From Dasania phycosphaerae (lineage in GTDB: Bacteria; Pseudomonadota; Gammaproteobacteria; Pseudomonadales; Dasaniaceae): 64,000 bases of DNA. The stretch spans positions 157,497 through 221,496 of the forward strand of contig NZ_JAPTGG010000008.1 in assembly GCF_026891035.1 (NCBI RefSeq), written 5' to 3'. A program made the position numbers and the translations under genes. The notes beneath the pieces are model-generated. The model did not search any database and was not told the DNA's origin. It worked only from the letters and a program-made list of their open reading frames with translations. Positions within the stretch are counted from its first letter, which is position 1. Every line of letters begins with the position of its first letter. Positions 61,825 through 64,000 of the stretch are shown here, piece by piece.

Positions 61825-62454
61825 ATGAAGCAAGCGTTTATCACCATGCTCAACATGCAAAATAAAATGAATCAAAAAGTGCATGCAGATTGGCCCGCGC
61901 AAAACTTTGAATGGTACCGTGCCACTTGGATAGAGTGCGGTGAGCTAGTAGACCACTACGGCTATAAATGGTGGAAAGCACAAGCCCCCGACATGGACCA
62001 AGTAAAGTTAGAAGTCATCGATATTTGGCATTTTGGCATGAGTGCCTTATTTAAAGGCCAAGCTATAGAGGCCATAGCCGAGGCCATGGTTGCCGAGCTA
62101 GAGGGCTATCAATACCAAAACCAAGGTGTAATCGCAGCCACCGAAGCACTGGCACAAAACAGCTTAGCGACCAAAAGCTTTTCGGTAGCCTTATTTTGGG
62201 ATTTATTAAATGCCTGCGAAATGAGCTTTGACGAGCTATACCGCCAGTATGTAGGCAAAAACGTGCTCAACTTTTTTAGGCAGGATAACGGCTACAAAGA
62301 CGGCAGCTATGTAAAGCAGTGGCAGGGCCGTGAAGATAACGAGCACTTGGTAGAAATACTCAACGAGTTAGATGCCAGCGGCAACGGCTTTGCCGAGCAG
62401 GTCTACCAGGGCTTAAACCAGCGCTACCAAAACCTAGCCCTGGCGGCCACCTAG
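61825..62454 (+). CDS. Dimeric all-alpha dUTPase (dUTPase_2 family, Campylobacter/trypanosomatid type)
   Basis: ~209 aa from MKQAFITMLNMQNK (RBS gaggaa); WYRATWIECGELVDHYGYKWWKAQ...KLEVIDIWHFGMS aligns with the C. jejuni dimeric dUTPase motifs (WRRCIYMECAELIDSF.WKHWK...IEIVDIWHF). Confidence 0.75.
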   Translation: MKQAFITMLNMQNKMNQKVHADWPAQNFEWYRATWIECGELVDHYGYKWWKAQAPDMDQVKLEVIDIWHFGMSALFKGQAIEAIAEAMVAELEGYQYQNQGVIAATEALAQNSLATKSFSVALFWDLLNACEMSFDELYRQYVGKNVLNFFRQDNGYKDGSYVKQWQGREDNEHLVEILNELDASGNGFAEQVYQGLNQRYQNLALAAT

Positions 62455-62557
62455 CAGCTGCTAATAATTACTGCCCATAATAACTTTAACGGCTGTACTG
62501 ACTACCACCTTAATCGGCGGCTGGTGTCCAAAAACCCTGCCGCCACAGGCCACAGAT

Positions 62558-63433
62558 ATGACAGATACGGATCATCCACTCTCTACCAGCGCCTTAGCCA
62601 AGGCTTTGGCCATGTCATCACAGCAATTGTTTGGCAGCCTAAATGACTACGGCTGGATTAAGCGGGTAGACGATGCCTGGGAGCTAACCAGCAAAGGCGA
62701 GTTTGAGGGCGGCGAATATGTACATAGCAAAAAATATGGCCGCTATATCGTTTGGCCCCATAAAATTATCCAGCACCCACTATTACAGGCCATGGAAGAT
62801 AACCGCACCATTTCCGCCAAGGCCTTGGGCGAAAAACACCAGCTTAGCGCCCGCGAAGTTAACCGCGCCTTGGCCGAACTGGGCTGGATTAGGCCCAGCC
62901 CCCAAGGCTGGGAGCTAACCCGCATAGGCGAGAAAAAGGGTGGGCTGCAATTTGAAAACGAACAAAGCGGTACTTTTTATGTGCTGTGGCCGGAGCAGGT
63001 GCAAAGCGACCCACAACTACGGCAGCAGTTACATTATTTTGGCGAAGTAAACAGCGATAAACCCGCCCCCATAGGTGATGATTTATTTGCCAGCGCTAGT
63101 GATTACCCCGCATTGGATGGCCACAGCCACAAGAGCAAACCACTACTAAAAATTTGCCACTGGCTGTATACCGCAGGCTTTGCCCATGCCTGCAACCGAC
63201 GCCTGCCCTGCGAGCAAGAGCTATATGCCGATTTTTACCTGCCCAAGCACCACCTTTATATAGAGTACTGGGGGGCGGCACAAAGCGGCCATGCCCTAGC
63301 CGAAAAAATGCAACGCAAAAGCCAATACACCGCCCTAGGTTTAAAGGTGGTGGAATTAGAAACCAAAGACATCCCCCAACTTGATGCCGTGCTCACCAAA
63401 GCCCTGCGTAAACTGGGCGTAAGAGTGTATTAA
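62558..63433 (+). CDS. Hypothetical protein: two tandem winged-helix-like N-terminal repeats + C-terminal DUF559/Vsr-like (restriction-endonuclease-fold) domain
   Basis: 291 aa; internal repeat (LAKALAMSSQQLFGSLNDYGWIKRVDDAWELTSKGEFEGGEY vs ISAKALGEKHQLSAREVNRALAELGWIRPSPQGWELTRIGEKKGGLQ); C-terminal ADFYLPKHHLYIEYWGAAQSGH...RKSQYTALGLKVVEL resembles the DUF559 D..(V/I)E.DG..H...R...G(W/Y).V.R pattern. Confidence 0.55.
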   Translation: MTDTDHPLSTSALAKALAMSSQQLFGSLNDYGWIKRVDDAWELTSKGEFEGGEYVHSKKYGRYIVWPHKIIQHPLLQAMEDNRTISAKALGEKHQLSAREVNRALAELGWIRPSPQGWELTRIGEKKGGLQFENEQSGTFYVLWPEQVQSDPQLRQQLHYFGEVNSDKPAPIGDDLFASASDYPALDGHSHKSKPLLKICHWLYTAGFAHACNRRLPCEQELYADFYLPKHHLYIEYWGAAQSGHALAEKMQRKSQYTALGLKVVELETKDIPQLDAVLTKALRKLGVRVY

Positions 63434-63816
63434 TGCTAAGCAGAAAAACCACCATCATCGCCGCCATCGCTTTCTTCTGTGTTGTTGTTATCGCCACCGG
63501 CTATGTGCTGTGGCATATGAGCACACCGCGGCAATACCAGCTAGACATTAGCAACGAAACCGATCAAGCCATTACGCAAGTCACCGTGTTTGGCATGGGC
63601 GTTTTTCACGCCCAGTCCGCCAGCGATATAGCACCGGGTCAGTTTTCCTCTATCATCGTTAACCTCAAACCCGAGGGTGACTTACGCTTTTCGGTAGAGC
63701 AGGGCTATAACAGTATCGATTATTCGCTGGCGCAAGATGTGCAGCGGCTGGAGCAATTTAAGCAATGGCTAACGGTAGAGCCGGGCAATCGCTTTATTGT
63801 TAAGGATGTGGAATAG
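63433..63816 (+). CDS. Hypothetical membrane-anchored protein (127 aa)
   Basis: N-terminal TM helix (TIIAAIAFFCVVVIATGYVLW) then soluble domain; start overlaps previous stop. Confidence 0.45.
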   Translation: MLSRKTTIIAAIAFFCVVVIATGYVLWHMSTPRQYQLDISNETDQAITQVTVFGMGVFHAQSASDIAPGQFSSIIVNLKPEGDLRFSVEQGYNSIDYSLAQDVQRLEQFKQWLTVEPGNRFIVKDVE

Positions 63817-63870
63817 GGCCTAACACAGCGGCGAGTGGCGGCGCTGTAACGTTAATTGCAAGGAGGCAAT

Positions 63871-64000
63871 ATGAATACAATAAAAACTCAAGTCGTTAAA
63901 ACCTTAAAGCCGGGGCAGACCGGCACCAGTCGCTTCACACGTAAATACGGCGCTCAACTTGTTGCCGTGCGCTATAGGCGTAAGCCCCTTGATAATAAAA
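63871..64000 (+). CDS. Hypothetical protein, 5' fragment (truncated by window end)
   Basis: Strong RBS aaggagg 8 bp upstream of ATG 63871; basic N-terminus MNTIKTQVVKTLKPGQTGTSRFTRKYG. Confidence 0.4.
   Translation, partial: MNTIKTQVVKTLKPGQTGTSRFTRKYGAQLVAVRYRRKPLDNK

Overview
This 64 kb window looks like chromosomal DNA from a roughly 50% GC gammaproteobacterium (E. coli-like yciV-yciO synteny; Pseudomonas-like algP-like, thrH and aguB genes). It is densely coding on both strands. No rRNA, tRNA, CRISPR array, transposase or integrase was detected.

From 1 to about 39.1 kb the genes are ordinary housekeeping:
- Nucleoid, DNA and RNA: a Lys/Ala-rich histone-H1-like protein, a DinG/YoaA helicase, xthA, scpA-scpB, rluB, an RNase-J-like beta-CASP protein.
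- Cofactor, tRNA and translation: mobA, tsaB, trpS, pdxJ, yciV-yciO.
- Metabolism: an ackA-xfp phosphoketolase operon, leuA with a divergent Lrp/AsnC regulator, purC.
- Membrane and regulators: uppP, a Na/Pi cotransporter, a CPA2 antiporter, yajC, cysB.

From about 39.1 to 50.7 kb the content becomes accessory-like. Three tandem arrays of an apparently undescribed 110-130 bp structured repeat (39.2, 40.5 and 49.1 kb) partition cassette-like units: thrH, then an MFS transporter with a fully exported three-gene lipoprotein/lipoprotein/TPR-CHAT caspase-like protease operon under a LuxR-family regulator, then aguB. A thioesterase and a Cys-rich lipoprotein follow, and the segment ends at pabB.

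Downstream lies a propionyl-CoA to succinyl-CoA operon: carboxyltransferase, an atypically long 964-aa biotin carboxylase-BCCP, methylmalonyl-CoA epimerase, methylmalonyl-CoA mutase, meaB and a thioesterase. After it comes an AT-rich intergenic region carrying a perfect inverted pair of DnaA boxes. The window closes with a dimeric (Campylobacter-type) dUTPase and a protein combining tandem winged-helix-like repeats with a DUF559/Vsr-like nuclease fold.

The best candidates for a previously undescribed system are (i) the repeat family plus the exported CHAT-protease operon and (ii) the dUTPase/nuclease-like pair behind the DnaA-box cluster.
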